Source of the DNA: a virus
Lineage: Duplodnaviria > Heunggongvirae > Uroviricota > Caudoviricetes
Virus record (IMG/VR): IMGVR_UViG_3300044678_001935
Location: 35,982-99,981 of that record
Length of the DNA stretch: 64,000 bases
Reading direction: 5' to 3' (one strand)
The notes under the pieces are model-generated. The model saw only the letters and a list, made by a program, of their open reading frames with translations, was not told where the DNA came from and did not search any database. This document shows, in pieces, positions 9,960 through 20,780 of this stretch. The position numbers and the translations under genes are program-made. Every line of letters begins with the position of its first letter. Within the stretch, counting starts at the first letter, position 1.

Positions 9960-10757
9960 TTGTTGTTTATGTCGGTTATTCCCGCTCCAATTTATCCTAC
10001 TTATGAGATCGTAATTCCATCTCTAAAAAAGAAAGTAAAATATCGCCCCTATATTGCCAGAGAAGAAAAAGTTTTAACAATCGCATTAGAAAGTAAAGAT
10101 CCTGAGGAGATGATAAATGCGATTAAAATTATTATTAAAAATTGCATTCAAACAAAAGACATTGATGTTGATAAGCTTGCCGTTTTTGATATTGAATATC
10201 TCTTTTTAAACATCAGAGCAAAAGCCGCTGGTGAAGAAATTGATTTGCAGGTTTTATATCCAGACGGAGCCGAAGAAGGTGAGGACGACCTTTATATCCG
10301 TGTGAAGTTAAACGTATCAGATATAAAAGTAATAGAGACAAAAGGTCACACTAATATTGTTGATCTTGGTAATGATATGAAACTGTTTATGAAATATCCG
10401 TCTTTTGATTATTTCGTTAACGACCAGTTTATGTTAACCGACGTTGAAAAAATGTCACTTGATGAGAAATTTGATAAAGGTTATGAGGTTTTGGCTTCTT
10501 GTGTAGATAAGATTTGTTATGGTGAAGATGTTTGGTTATCCGATGATGTTGGTAGAGAAGAAGTCGTTGATTTTCTGTGGAAATTAACCTCCAAACAACT
10601 TGAAAAGTTACAGAATTTCTTAGATACTATGCCTCAGATGAAACATGAGATTAAACTAAAACACCCAACCCGAACCGTTATTGATGAGAAGACGGGTGAA
10701 GAAGTTCCAGAAGAAACTAAAATCACTCTAAACGGTATCATTGATTTTTTTATCTAG
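9960..10757 (+). CDS. hypothetical acidic protein (possibly virion assembly)
   Basis: 265-aa ORF with acidic stretches. No motif identified. Confidence 0.4.
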   Translation: MLFMSVIPAPIYPTYEIVIPSLKKKVKYRPYIAREEKVLTIALESKDPEEMINAIKIIIKNCIQTKDIDVDKLAVFDIEYLFLNIRAKAAGEEIDLQVLYPDGAEEGEDDLYIRVKLNVSDIKVIETKGHTNIVDLGNDMKLFMKYPSFDYFVNDQFMLTDVEKMSLDEKFDKGYEVLASCVDKICYGEDVWLSDDVGREEVVDFLWKLTSKQLEKLQNFLDTMPQMKHEIKLKHPTRTVIDEKTGEEVPEETKITLNGIIDFFI

Positions 10758-10943
10758 GGCTGTCTCATATCAATTTAGAGACTTATTATAGACGCACATT
10801 TGCATTAGTACAATATCATAAATGGGATCCTATTTGGATGGATGATCTGATACCTTGGGAATTGGACGCTTATGTTGAACAACTAAAACAACATCTAGAA
10901 GAAGAAAGAGCGAAAAAAGCCCAACAACAGCATCAAATGTCCT

Positions 10944-10951
10944 CATAAATA
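10944..10951 (+). promoter_or_regulatory. T4-type late promoter-like element CATAAATA
   Basis: 7/8 match to TATAAATA, about 24 nt upstream of the ATG at 10975. Confidence 0.3.
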
Positions 10952-10974
10952 TAAAATAATTACGTTATTTTTTA

Positions 10975-13677
10975 ATGCCCGCAGCCAGAGTAAGGCAACC
11001 AAAAATAGAGGATCTTAATCTATCCCCAGTTCAATTAGCAAAGGCCCAAGACTTTGTTGAAGAGCTAGGAATAGGTGCTAAAGATCCTCTTTATTATTAT
11101 GCCTTATTGTGGTGTAAAGATAACGAAAAATCTAATGGTGATTATCTAAGCAATTCCGAAAGAAAAAAGTTTGATTCGGAAATATTAAAGAAACGTAGAG
11201 GATCAATATCACTTAAGATTCTTGGTGATATCGCATTACTGGAAAGTGTAAAAAAAGAAACTAAGAATAGACAACAGCAGACTTCAACAGATACCGCACA
11301 GCAGATTAGATCTGCTAAAACTAAGGTATTAAAAAAGAAGGCCCCGGCCAAGATTATTCCTCCTAAACTCACACTTACCATTGATAAGACGGAAGTAGAG
11401 AAAGGTGAGTCTTATACTGTTAGCTGGAAAGCCGAAAATGCTATTACTGTTTCTAGATCAATCGGATTCTATCCCCGTATTCTAGATGTAGAATTAAGCG
11501 GGTCTAGGACTATTACTGCCGATAGAATTGGTAGTAAGACTTATGGTATTACTGTAAGAAGTTCTACAGGCAGAGGTGTATTTGCTACTGCTAAAATTCA
11601 GATTGTTGAAGTAAAAACAGTTGACGATCCAGTTCAGAAACCTCAACCAAAAACTCCTGGAGCACCAAGAGTTATATCAAGAACATTATCAAGAAGTGGT
11701 GGTCCTGAAGATAGTAGTAGAGTTCTTAACGACATTAATAAATCCTTAGACACCATTCTAAAGATTCTCCAAACTCAAAACATGCTTACGCAGAGTTTGG
11801 CTAAAATGCAACTCAAAGAAGCCGAAAACGAAAGACGTAGAAAAAAAGAATCTGTTTTAGAGTCTGTTAAAAATATAAGGCAAAAAGCGATGGAGAAAGC
11901 TTTTGCTCCTATTAAAAATATTTTTGAACAGATTTGGAAATTCATTTATTACACTCTTTTAGGAAGAGCTTTTACTGAGTTTATACGATGGGCTGGTGAC
12001 CCAAAGAATTCTGGTAAAATAAAATCAATATCTAGATTTCTTAAGGATTTCTGGTTTTATATTGGTGGCGCAGCAATGTTTTTCTTAACACCTCTTGGGT
12101 CTATGGTCAAGGGTGTTTATTCAACTATTAAATTCCTTAGTGGGTTGTTACTGAAAAGCCCGCTTTTACTTGGATCTTCGGCTGTTGCTGGAATTGCAGT
12201 TTTAATGAATGAAATAACAGGACAAAGAGCTGCCGCACCACTTCAAGCAGAAAGAGCTGCAAGAGTTCAATCAGGAAAAACTATTGATATTCCTGGTGTT
12301 GATGTTATGAATGAAAAATATAAGACTCCTGGAATCGCAGGTAGAACTGGATACGGTTTATTGGGTGGTCTTGCTTATGGTGGAATAGTAACACCAGGAA
12401 CAGGCATGACAGTAAAAGGTGCTGGTGTTGATACACAACTTGTTCCAATAAAAGACGGTGGTTCTGTAGTTTTACAAAAAGGTGAAACCGTTCTACAGAA
12501 AGGCGCTAGAGAAAGAATGATGAGTGCGACAGGAATTGACCCACTTCTCTTTAACATCGGACCTAATGCCAATAAGCCAAGAACGATTGGATCTAAACTC
12601 ACCGCCATGAGCACTGGTGGTATCGTTGGTGGTAAATCTCCAAGTTTGCTCAATTCACAAGCAAGACATATTTTAAACCGACTTATTAGAGGTGGTTTAA
12701 CACCAACAGCAGCGGCTGGAATTGTTTCTAATATTGGTGTAGAAAGCGCCTATACTTATGACCCAAATACACATCAAGGTGGTGGAGGTCCCGGCAGAGG
12801 ATTAGTACAATGGGAAAAAGGTGGAAGATTTGATACTGACAATATTAATCTACAATCCTTTGCTAAGAGTAGAGGGAAGTCGTGGAATGATATGGACACT
12901 CAGATTGATTTTATATTACACGAGCTTAATACTCATCCAGAGTATAAGGCTGTTAAAAATAAAATCAATAAGAGCAAGAGTATTTCCGATGCAACGGGTA
13001 TCTTTCTTAAGGAATATGAAAAAGCTGGAACACCACACATTGAAGATAGACTTAAAATTGGTTCTGAATTAGCAAAATCTGGATGGTTAAATCCACCAAA
13101 GAAAAAAGAATCAGTTAAATCCAAAAATTCTGGCTTTAATCCTCTCGCTTTGTTAGGTGGCTTCCCTAGGCCGGTTAGAGCTGAAGAAATGTCCAAACCG
13201 ACTCGGCCTAAGGTAACACCAAAACCACAACCGAAACCCAAGTCACAGCAGCGGGCCTGGTGGGATCCTAGAGGTTTTATGGGTCTCAAAAAGGGTGGAT
13301 TCGTCAGCGGATCACTTCCTGTCGTTGGTAGTGATCCTGAAGACAGACATATGGCATTATTGAAAGCGGGTGAATACATTGTGCCTAAATTAACAGTCCA
13401 AAAATTGGGTGTAAATTTCTTTGATAATATCGTTTCAAATACCGATCCAAATTCTAATGCTGCAAGAGTATCACCAATAAGTAGAGAATATGATATTCCA
13501 ATGCCAGTATCTTCGTCTGGTGCTGGCGGCGCATTTATAACACTGCCACCGATTATGAAGAGTGCGATGGCGGATTCAACAGAAACTTCAACAACAAGCG
13601 TTCCATCTTTTTCTGCTATTTCTCCAATGGGTAATGGTGTCAGAGGAATGTTAGCTGAAATTTATGGTATCGGTTGA
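10975..13677 (+). CDS. large virion-associated protein with a tail-lysozyme-like peptidoglycan hydrolase domain (tape-measure/ejection-protein-like)
   Basis: 900 aa. It has an Ig-like N-terminal region, hydrophobic helices (FWFYIGGAAMFFLTPLG..) and the motif NIGVESAYTYDPN..GRGLVQWEKGGRF, which resembles the phage tail lysozyme ES..NP..GxGLxQW signature. A PK-rich linker is also present. Confidence 0.5.
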   Translation: MPAARVRQPKIEDLNLSPVQLAKAQDFVEELGIGAKDPLYYYALLWCKDNEKSNGDYLSNSERKKFDSEILKKRRGSISLKILGDIALLESVKKETKNRQQQTSTDTAQQIRSAKTKVLKKKAPAKIIPPKLTLTIDKTEVEKGESYTVSWKAENAITVSRSIGFYPRILDVELSGSRTITADRIGSKTYGITVRSSTGRGVFATAKIQIVEVKTVDDPVQKPQPKTPGAPRVISRTLSRSGGPEDSSRVLNDINKSLDTILKILQTQNMLTQSLAKMQLKEAENERRRKKESVLESVKNIRQKAMEKAFAPIKNIFEQIWKFIYYTLLGRAFTEFIRWAGDPKNSGKIKSISRFLKDFWFYIGGAAMFFLTPLGSMVKGVYSTIKFLSGLLLKSPLLLGSSAVAGIAVLMNEITGQRAAAPLQAERAARVQSGKTIDIPGVDVMNEKYKTPGIAGRTGYGLLGGLAYGGIVTPGTGMTVKGAGVDTQLVPIKDGGSVVLQKGETVLQKGARERMMSATGIDPLLFNIGPNANKPRTIGSKLTAMSTGGIVGGKSPSLLNSQARHILNRLIRGGLTPTAAAGIVSNIGVESAYTYDPNTHQGGGGPGRGLVQWEKGGRFDTDNINLQSFAKSRGKSWNDMDTQIDFILHELNTHPEYKAVKNKINKSKSISDATGIFLKEYEKAGTPHIEDRLKIGSELAKSGWLNPPKKKESVKSKNSGFNPLALLGGFPRPVRAEEMSKPTRPKVTPKPQPKPKSQQRAWWDPRGFMGLKKGGFVSGSLPVVGSDPEDRHMALLKAGEYIVPKLTVQKLGVNFFDNIVSNTDPNSNAARVSPISREYDIPMPVSSSGAGGAFITLPPIMKSAMADSTETSTTSVPSFSAISPMGNGVRGMLAEIYGIG

Positions 13678-16406
13678 TGTCCAATACTCCGGCAAAAGTT
13701 CTTACAAAAAGAGCAACGGTATTAAAAATAAGAAACAAAGTCCTTGCTATTGAGAAAGTATTCAAAAATAGTCTTGCTTATCAAATCGTATCAAAACAGA
13801 AAGATCAAAAACAAAAAATAAAAATAAGGATTCTTAACGGAGAAGAAGAGAGAAGAAAGAAGAAGAAATCCAATCTAGAAAAAATAAGAAACAAACTATC
13901 CTTAAGAACTGGTGTCGGTGAAGGTGCTGCAAATTTTCTAACAAACACTCTTATGGGGTTTTTGTTTACTGCAATTGTTCCTGCATTACCTAAACTTTCT
14001 GGTATTATTAACGCATTAAAACCCGCTGCATGGTTTGTATCGGTATTAACAAATCTTTTTCTTAATACAATCGGTGGTTTTATTGATACAGGTTATAAGC
14101 TACACGACACAATAAAAGGAACATCGGAAAACATCAAAAAGATTCCGATTAAGAAAGAATTTGATGATTTTCAAACAACTTTATCTAAAAGCCTCGGATC
14201 TGTTGTTGACGTTGTTTATGGTATCACTGGCAGTAAACCACCAACTCAACAAGCAAAAGAACAAACTAAAAAACCAGTAAAAGGTGCTGCGGTTGGTGGT
14301 CCAATTGCTTATACTCCACCGTCACGAAAACTTAAGAAATCACAGGAACTCAACATACCCAGAAAGCAAACAATACCCGAAACCAAAATCGGTAAAGATG
14401 TTGGAGGTGAAGGCAAAGTTAGAGAATTTTATGGTAGTCCGAAAGTTGGATTCGGTGGTATTCTTGGAATCTTTAAACCAAAAAATGCACCCCTAACAAA
14501 AACACCTGTTGACAGTATTTCAAATATTTCAAAAACCTTAAGAAGAAGAAATCTTCTTTTTGGTGACATTTCTAGTATTGGTTCTGATATCGCATTAGGA
14601 CAAAAACCAAATAAGAATGTTTATAGGAATACTGCCAAAGACGTTATTGAGTTGGCCCAGATGATATCCGAGAAGCAACAAAATAGTGCTATAGCAATGG
14701 CTACTGGTGGATCTGTTCCTAGTAGATCCTTAACATTAGCTTCTCGTGGAAATGTTGTTGATGCTGTTGCTACTGTTATTCAAAAGTCTGTTGATGATCG
14801 GGTGAATCGGGCAATGGCGGATTTTAGGCGCCCTGTTGGTAAGGAGGAAATGTTAGAAGAAAATCAGAAACGAACAGGTGGTGGCAGTTATGAATCAGGA
14901 GGTAGTTCTGGCGTCGCTGGTGGAATTTATGGCGGGTATCAACCTCGTGGTGAGATGGAAAAGAAAATATATGATTATCTTACAAAAGAAAAGAAACTGA
15001 ATGATATTCAGGCTCTTGGATTAATGGCTAACATTGAAAGAGAAAGTAGTTTTCGTCCTGGTATTAAAGAGAAAGGTGGAACTGGGCATGGCTTATTTCA
15101 ATGGTCTCATGGAAGAATTGCGCCTTTTATTCGCGCAGTACCTGATTGGCAGACTAACTGGAAGGCTCAGATTGATTATGCTTTGAGTGAACCAAAAACA
15201 TTATCAGGAGTAAATCCCGGAGAATACGCTTCCAAAACTTTTGCGTCTGCTCAAGAAGCTGCTGATTGGTGGATGAAAAAATGGGAAAGACCGAGGGATA
15301 AAATCTCCGGATCAAGAAAACATTCTGATTATCTTAAAGGTGTTCCGAAAGGTCCTACTGGAAGTGCCATGTTTAGGGCACCAGAAAGTGTAAAAAATTC
15401 TGAGGTTGAGGCTAAATCAAAGGGGTTTAGGACAGGGCTTAAAACGGGACCAGCCGGAAGAATAGGTTCTGGTACGGAATATCACATTGATGCCAGATTT
15501 GTCACTGGATTAAAGTTGGACGACAAGATTAAAATGATAGATTCTATGGCATCTGCACATGCAGCCGAAGGATTTGTTATAGAGTTTTCGGGAAGAAATG
15601 TTTCTGGGATGAGATGGAATCCGAATGCCTCTCAAAGAGAAAAAGAATCACTTGCAAAAAAAGTTTTAGTCTCTCACTGGGCTGCTAGAGAAGGATATGA
15701 ACCATTTGATTATTTTATTGTTAAATCATCTGCGAAAAATAGATCTCATAAAAGTGCAGAAGGATCTAATGTTATGGCGCCAATAATTTCGGGTGGAACC
15801 TATGAATATCAAGAGCAACCGGGTGGTTATGGAAGATTTCTAATTTTGCGGGATAAAAATGGTAAAGTTTTAATGAAGATTGGACATGGTGATTTGGGTG
15901 TACCATCACCAAGAGAATTAGGGCGAAGGTTTAATATGGATGAACTAGAAGAAAAATCTAGTGGTTTGGCAATGAAGGAAGGTAAACAGGGAGTAATAAT
16001 TAATGGGAAATTTAAAGCCCGAAAATGGACAGATGAAGAGAATGAGAGATATAAACAAAATATTAAAAATCAGAATGTACAACAACAACAAAAAACTAAT
16101 GTAGATGACAAGAAAAAACAGAAAATAACACCAACTAATAAAAAAACCAAACCAGGACAAAACGAATCACAGCAACCAAACCTATTAGAACAAGTCCGAA
16201 GTAACATTAAAAAAATAACGGGATTCAAAAAAGGCGGATCTGTTGGTAACATTTCAAACTATGCTTCGTATGAGAATACTGGCGGTTCTGTTGTCATTGC
16301 AATACAACCAATGATAATTCAAAAAGAAACACTTGTGGATCATAAGATTCCAGTATCTTTTCCTGTGCCTTCTCGTGTAAATAATAATACAAACTATAGA
16401 GCATAA
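13674..16406 (+). CDS. large virion-associated protein, paralog of the upstream gene, with a tail-lysozyme-like domain
   Basis: 910 aa. The equivalent motif is NIERESSFRPG..GTGHGLFQWSHGR, with hydrophobic helices near the N-terminus and a lysine-rich low-complexity C-terminal region. Its start overlaps the upstream stop. Confidence 0.5.
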   Translation: MMSNTPAKVLTKRATVLKIRNKVLAIEKVFKNSLAYQIVSKQKDQKQKIKIRILNGEEERRKKKKSNLEKIRNKLSLRTGVGEGAANFLTNTLMGFLFTAIVPALPKLSGIINALKPAAWFVSVLTNLFLNTIGGFIDTGYKLHDTIKGTSENIKKIPIKKEFDDFQTTLSKSLGSVVDVVYGITGSKPPTQQAKEQTKKPVKGAAVGGPIAYTPPSRKLKKSQELNIPRKQTIPETKIGKDVGGEGKVREFYGSPKVGFGGILGIFKPKNAPLTKTPVDSISNISKTLRRRNLLFGDISSIGSDIALGQKPNKNVYRNTAKDVIELAQMISEKQQNSAIAMATGGSVPSRSLTLASRGNVVDAVATVIQKSVDDRVNRAMADFRRPVGKEEMLEENQKRTGGGSYESGGSSGVAGGIYGGYQPRGEMEKKIYDYLTKEKKLNDIQALGLMANIERESSFRPGIKEKGGTGHGLFQWSHGRIAPFIRAVPDWQTNWKAQIDYALSEPKTLSGVNPGEYASKTFASAQEAADWWMKKWERPRDKISGSRKHSDYLKGVPKGPTGSAMFRAPESVKNSEVEAKSKGFRTGLKTGPAGRIGSGTEYHIDARFVTGLKLDDKIKMIDSMASAHAAEGFVIEFSGRNVSGMRWNPNASQREKESLAKKVLVSHWAAREGYEPFDYFIVKSSAKNRSHKSAEGSNVMAPIISGGTYEYQEQPGGYGRFLILRDKNGKVLMKIGHGDLGVPSPRELGRRFNMDELEEKSSGLAMKEGKQGVIINGKFKARKWTDEENERYKQNIKNQNVQQQQKTNVDDKKKQKITPTNKKTKPGQNESQQPNLLEQVRSNIKKITGFKKGGSVGNISNYASYENTGGSVVIAIQPMIIQKETLVDHKIPVSFPVPSRVNNNTNYRA

Positions 16407-17737
16407 TGGCTTTAAATCTCAGTGCTGCCGCTGGCTCAGCCCAACTTAAACAGTTTATTCTAGTCTCTAACGAAGACAAGGATGTTGATATTACTGGTGG
16501 CTTTGTTGAGATGACATTTTACCATAGCTGTTTAGATTATAGTACAAGAGTTACAGCTATTATTGGTGATACAGGTTATAGAGAATCTGGCGCATCGGTT
16601 GGTATATTTGAGAGAGACGATTTAAATCTAACTGCTGGAGAAAAAGCGACAATTCTAGCTGTTGATGGTTATGGTAATAAGTTGTCATTTTTGGGTGATT
16701 ATCATCTAAGACTACAACAATTAAGAAATGTTGATGAGCATACAGGAAAAGCTATTTTCACTCTAGATTTTTATTCAAAGGAATCTATTGATAATGAATT
16801 GGTAGATTGTAGAGTCACAAAAAGATACAATGGAAGAATTTCAGATTCCATTGAAAGTATATTAACAGAAACGCTTAAAACCTCAAAGAAACTTTACATT
16901 GATGAGACGGTAAATAAGTTTAATTTCTTAGGTAATATTGAGAAGCCTTTTTATAAGATTCCCTGGCTAGCATCTAAATCTATTCCCAATGTTCCTGGGG
17001 CAGTGGGTAAATATGCTGGTTATTTCTTTTATGAGACCCCGGACGATGGATTAGGTAATGGTGGTTATCACTTCAAATCCATTGACAAATTTTTCACACA
17101 AACACCGAAGAAAAAGCTAATTTTCAATAACACTCCCTATCTACCTTTTGGTTATGATGAGAAGATTCTTACTTATTCAATCAACAATTCCGTTAATCTG
17201 GACAACACATTAAAAGTTGGATCACTAACAAAACCCATTATCAAAAGCTTTAATCCTTTCACCAAAGAATATAAAGAAGAAACATCCTTTAGTGATGTTG
17301 AAAGAATGGGTGATGAATATATGGGTGGAACAAGTCTTCCTTTTATCGCAAAGGATTTAGACTTATGGAACAAGTCAACAAAAATTTATACAAAATGGAA
17401 GCCTGTGGGAATTTTGCCGACTGGCTCTACATTAGAATCTCAGTTATCCGAAATAGAATCCGAAGATTGGGATATTGAAGCGATTGAACGGCAAGCAAGA
17501 TCTAGATACAATAACCTCTTCAACACCCGTCTAAATATTACCATTCCAGGTGACTTCTCAATTTATGCTGGTGATGTTCTTTCCTGTGATTTCCCTGAAT
17601 TATCAGGCAAAGCCGCGAAAATAGTCAGCAATAAAAAGAGTGGTAATTATCTGGTTATTGATGTAGCCCACAGAATAACAAAAAACAATTCTTTTACAAC
17701 AATCAATCTAGTTAGAGAATCTATTTACAAATCTTAA
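16406..17737 (+). CDS. baseplate hub-like protein (gp27-like by position)
   Basis: 443-aa ORF immediately upstream of the gp5-like gene; assigned by synteny only. Confidence 0.3.
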   Translation: MALNLSAAAGSAQLKQFILVSNEDKDVDITGGFVEMTFYHSCLDYSTRVTAIIGDTGYRESGASVGIFERDDLNLTAGEKATILAVDGYGNKLSFLGDYHLRLQQLRNVDEHTGKAIFTLDFYSKESIDNELVDCRVTKRYNGRISDSIESILTETLKTSKKLYIDETVNKFNFLGNIEKPFYKIPWLASKSIPNVPGAVGKYAGYFFYETPDDGLGNGGYHFKSIDKFFTQTPKKKLIFNNTPYLPFGYDEKILTYSINNSVNLDNTLKVGSLTKPIIKSFNPFTKEYKEETSFSDVERMGDEYMGGTSLPFIAKDLDLWNKSTKIYTKWKPVGILPTGSTLESQLSEIESEDWDIEAIERQARSRYNNLFNTRLNITIPGDFSIYAGDVLSCDFPELSGKAAKIVSNKKSGNYLVIDVAHRITKNNSFTTINLVRESIYKS

Positions 17738-17741
17738 TTCC

Positions 17742-17951
17742 ATGGAAAATATTACAAATCACATTGAAGCTGATAAAAAAGAACTGGATAATCCGGCTAT
17801 CAGTCCACAAAGAAGGCGCCATATTTCTCAAGAGCTAGAATCACTTGAGCTTTATAGAGAGAAACATCCCAATGACGATAAAGATCCTTCTCCATTGGAA
17901 CTCTTTTGTAGTGAAAATCCAGATGCCTTAGAATGCAGAATTTATGAATGA
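17742..17951 (+). CDS. small hypothetical protein
   Basis: 69-aa ORF overlapping the start of the gp5-like gene. Confidence 0.3.
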   Translation: MENITNHIEADKKELDNPAISPQRRRHISQELESLELYREKHPNDDKDPSPLELFCSENPDALECRIYE

Positions 17952-20118
17952 TGCCCCAGGTGTTAATTCTACTTATTGGTGGGTCGGTCAAGTTGTTGAT
18001 GAAAAGAACTGGCAAAAATCTACTGCCGGTAAAATTCATAAACCAACCGACACAAAGGGAGAAGTTTTCTCATATAAGGTCCGAATCGTAGGTAGACACA
18101 CCACAGAAACTCCTGATATTGATCTACCAACAGCTTCTGTTGCATTGCCTGTAACGGCTGGTGGTGGATTAGCTGGTTCTGTTCAAACACCGAATGTACG
18201 GCAAGGATCTTATGTTATCGGTTTTTATCGTGACGGTAAAGATGGTAACGAGCCTTTTATCGCTTTCGTTCTTCCGATAAATCCAAAGACTCCTTTATTT
18301 CCTGGTAATCCTCAAACTGGATTTACAGCAAGAAGTGGATTCAATGGTGAGAACGGACAAAAGACGGTTTCCACATCCAATATTAGTATAAACCAAAACG
18401 GCACTACTCCAACGGAAAGTGTTGATCCCCATGTTTATTCTGTCAATAAGCGAGACCAATATGTTGACGGAAAAAGATTCTTTTATCTCCCGAAAACAAA
18501 AGCATGTGAAGGGCCATCAGGACCATTAAAAGGAATTCAAAAGAATCTCGGAGACGCAATAGCAACACTTAATCTAATAAAATCTGGAGTGTTAGGATCA
18601 ACTTCTGATCTTCAAGGATTACTTGAAAATCAAATAAGTTCTTATCAAACCCAAATAACAGCATTAACAAAGACTCTTATTGATTCAATGAGAAGTTTTG
18701 TTCTTAATAAGATCAATAATGAGCTTAGTTCAAAATTAGAAAAGTTTGAACCACAACTAAGAATAAAATACAGTAAGGATTTTGAATCGGCAAATGACAT
18801 AGTTTTTTGCATCTTTCAAAAAATTCTTAATAAACTACCAAATCTTATCACATCACTATTCAATCAAATTATTGATAAGTATATTAGCGCCCCTTTATGT
18901 GCTGCGGAGAATTTTGTTGCTGGAATATTATCGGATGTCTTCGGTGATTTATCTGATGGTATAAATTCGGCTCTGGCTTTTTCTGGTATAGGAAATATTC
19001 AAAATCAATTACTTTCAGGACTAGATGTTTTTATTGGTGTTCTAGAATTTTTGACTTGTGAAGAAGATTTGAATTGTGAAATGCCAGACCAATGGAGCAT
19101 TTTTGGTGGAGCGAAAAGAATTTTAGGTGATGTAAATGCCAAGGTTAATAAGAAAATAGAATCTCTTATTGATGATCCAGAATCTTCCTCTTGTAATACG
19201 TCTCAACTTCCTTGTGGTCCACCGACAATAAATTTCATTAGCAATAGTGGAAGTGGTGCTGCTGGTAATCCTATTGTAAGCGCAGCCGGATCCTTGTTAG
19301 GAATAGATTTGATTTCTGGTGGTAGAAATTATAATAATCCCCCGACTATAGAAATAACCGATAATTGTGGCAATGGTGGCGGAGCCTCTGCCATGGCTAT
19401 CATGAAAAACGACAATAGTGGAACCATTGATAAGATTGTTATTATTGACGGTGGAAGTGGTTATCTCCAATATCCAAATGGAAGCACCGGCGCAAATGGA
19501 TTTACATTCTCAAATCCAGACGATACAATAATCTTTAATACCAATAGTGGCTATAACGTTTACTCCTGCAACACGACTGTTAATGTCAATAAGAATGATC
19601 TAATATATCTTAAAACCTTGGCCTTTGTGGATGTTTATAGACAAGATGGTGAGATCTTACAAGAATTAATCGGCCTTGGTCCAACTATTCCAATCACAAT
19701 AGAATATGACGGTACAATAACAACACCTCCATGTTCTGACACCATTCAAGATTTTAAAGGAGAATTTCCATCAACCGATAGTTCTTATCCTGTTGTTCTG
19801 ACAATTGATGATATTGCTCTTACTAATAGTGGTGCAAATTATAGTTCTGGTGATAAGATCATAATCTCCCCTTCAAATGGGGCAGAATTGAATGTTTATT
19901 TTGATAAAAATGGTGCGGTCAATAATGTGGTTGTTGTTAATGGTGGAATTGGCTTTACTGAGATTCCGACGATAACGATAGAGAGTAAAACCGGATTTAA
20001 TTCTGGCTTTATTCCCGTATTCAAGATTCTAAGAATTGGTGATCTTAAAGAAGACCAAGACAAGATTCCTCTGAATACACCGACCATAAATGTTATAGAT
20101 TGTGTGGGGGTCGTATAA
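17944..20118 (+). CDS. baseplate hub/central spike protein (gp5-like OB-fold N-terminal domain)
   Basis: N-terminus YWWVGQVVDE...KVRIVGRHT..DLPTASVALP..GSYVIGFYRDGKDGNEPFIAFVLP parallels the T4 gp5/Vgr OB domain (FVGVVED..LPWA..V.F.DGD..P). No lysozyme domain is seen inside it. Confidence 0.65.
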   Translation: MNDAPGVNSTYWWVGQVVDEKNWQKSTAGKIHKPTDTKGEVFSYKVRIVGRHTTETPDIDLPTASVALPVTAGGGLAGSVQTPNVRQGSYVIGFYRDGKDGNEPFIAFVLPINPKTPLFPGNPQTGFTARSGFNGENGQKTVSTSNISINQNGTTPTESVDPHVYSVNKRDQYVDGKRFFYLPKTKACEGPSGPLKGIQKNLGDAIATLNLIKSGVLGSTSDLQGLLENQISSYQTQITALTKTLIDSMRSFVLNKINNELSSKLEKFEPQLRIKYSKDFESANDIVFCIFQKILNKLPNLITSLFNQIIDKYISAPLCAAENFVAGILSDVFGDLSDGINSALAFSGIGNIQNQLLSGLDVFIGVLEFLTCEEDLNCEMPDQWSIFGGAKRILGDVNAKVNKKIESLIDDPESSSCNTSQLPCGPPTINFISNSGSGAAGNPIVSAAGSLLGIDLISGGRNYNNPPTIEITDNCGNGGGASAMAIMKNDNSGTIDKIVIIDGGSGYLQYPNGSTGANGFTFSNPDDTIIFNTNSGYNVYSCNTTVNVNKNDLIYLKTLAFVDVYRQDGEILQELIGLGPTIPITIEYDGTITTPPCSDTIQDFKGEFPSTDSSYPVVLTIDDIALTNSGANYSSGDKIIISPSNGAELNVYFDKNGAVNNVVVVNGGIGFTEIPTITIESKTGFNSGFIPVFKILRIGDLKEDQDKIPLNTPTINVIDCVGVV

Positions 20119-20121
20119 GTT

Positions 20122-20778
20122 ATGATAGACTTATCAAGACATAAAATTAACGAGACTGGAGCAAAAACTGATCCAGAGACGATTACTTATGGTAATAAGG
20201 ATGGTGCTATCCATTTTGGATATTTGTACTCGGCCAATTTGGATGCAACATCGGCTCAGGCAGTTGCCGGTGTTCATCTTCAGGGATTTCACTCACTCCA
20301 TTATATTAGTTTATTGAAAAACGGTCCTATGAAAGGATCAACAATTAATCGTTGTCCTGGCCCGTTTCAAATTGTTTGTGCGTCAGAGCACGCAGGAAAT
20401 ATTGGAGATACTAATGGAAATGGATTTTTTCTTTTTGCTGAAAACGGAGATGTTGTTATTCGGGCGCCAAACGGAAGAGTCAGAATCTCAGGATTAGACG
20501 TTGATATAAGAGCCGAAGGTTCTGATAATTCCAGAGGAAGCATAAATTTAGATTCAAACCAATCAATAAATCTAAAGACTGGTAGTTTTGATGTGAAGGC
20601 CACTCTCGGTGTTAAGATGTTTACACCCAAGAGCATAGATATTATTGCTAACACGACTCTTGGTTTGGTCAGCAATTTCGTCAACGGCCTAACAGCAGCT
20701 TCCAAGACAAGGCCCGCCAAAAATATTCCACCAGAAGCATCTACTGCTAAATTTATACGTTCGCAAAATTATAATTAA
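20122..20778 (+). CDS. hypothetical baseplate-associated protein
   Basis: 218-aa ORF directly after the spike gene. Confidence 0.35.
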   Translation: MIDLSRHKINETGAKTDPETITYGNKDGAIHFGYLYSANLDATSAQAVAGVHLQGFHSLHYISLLKNGPMKGSTINRCPGPFQIVCASEHAGNIGDTNGNGFFLFAENGDVVIRAPNGRVRISGLDVDIRAEGSDNSRGSINLDSNQSINLKTGSFDVKATLGVKMFTPKSIDIIANTTLGLVSNFVNGLTAASKTRPAKNIPPEASTAKFIRSQNYN

Positions 20779-20780
20779 TT

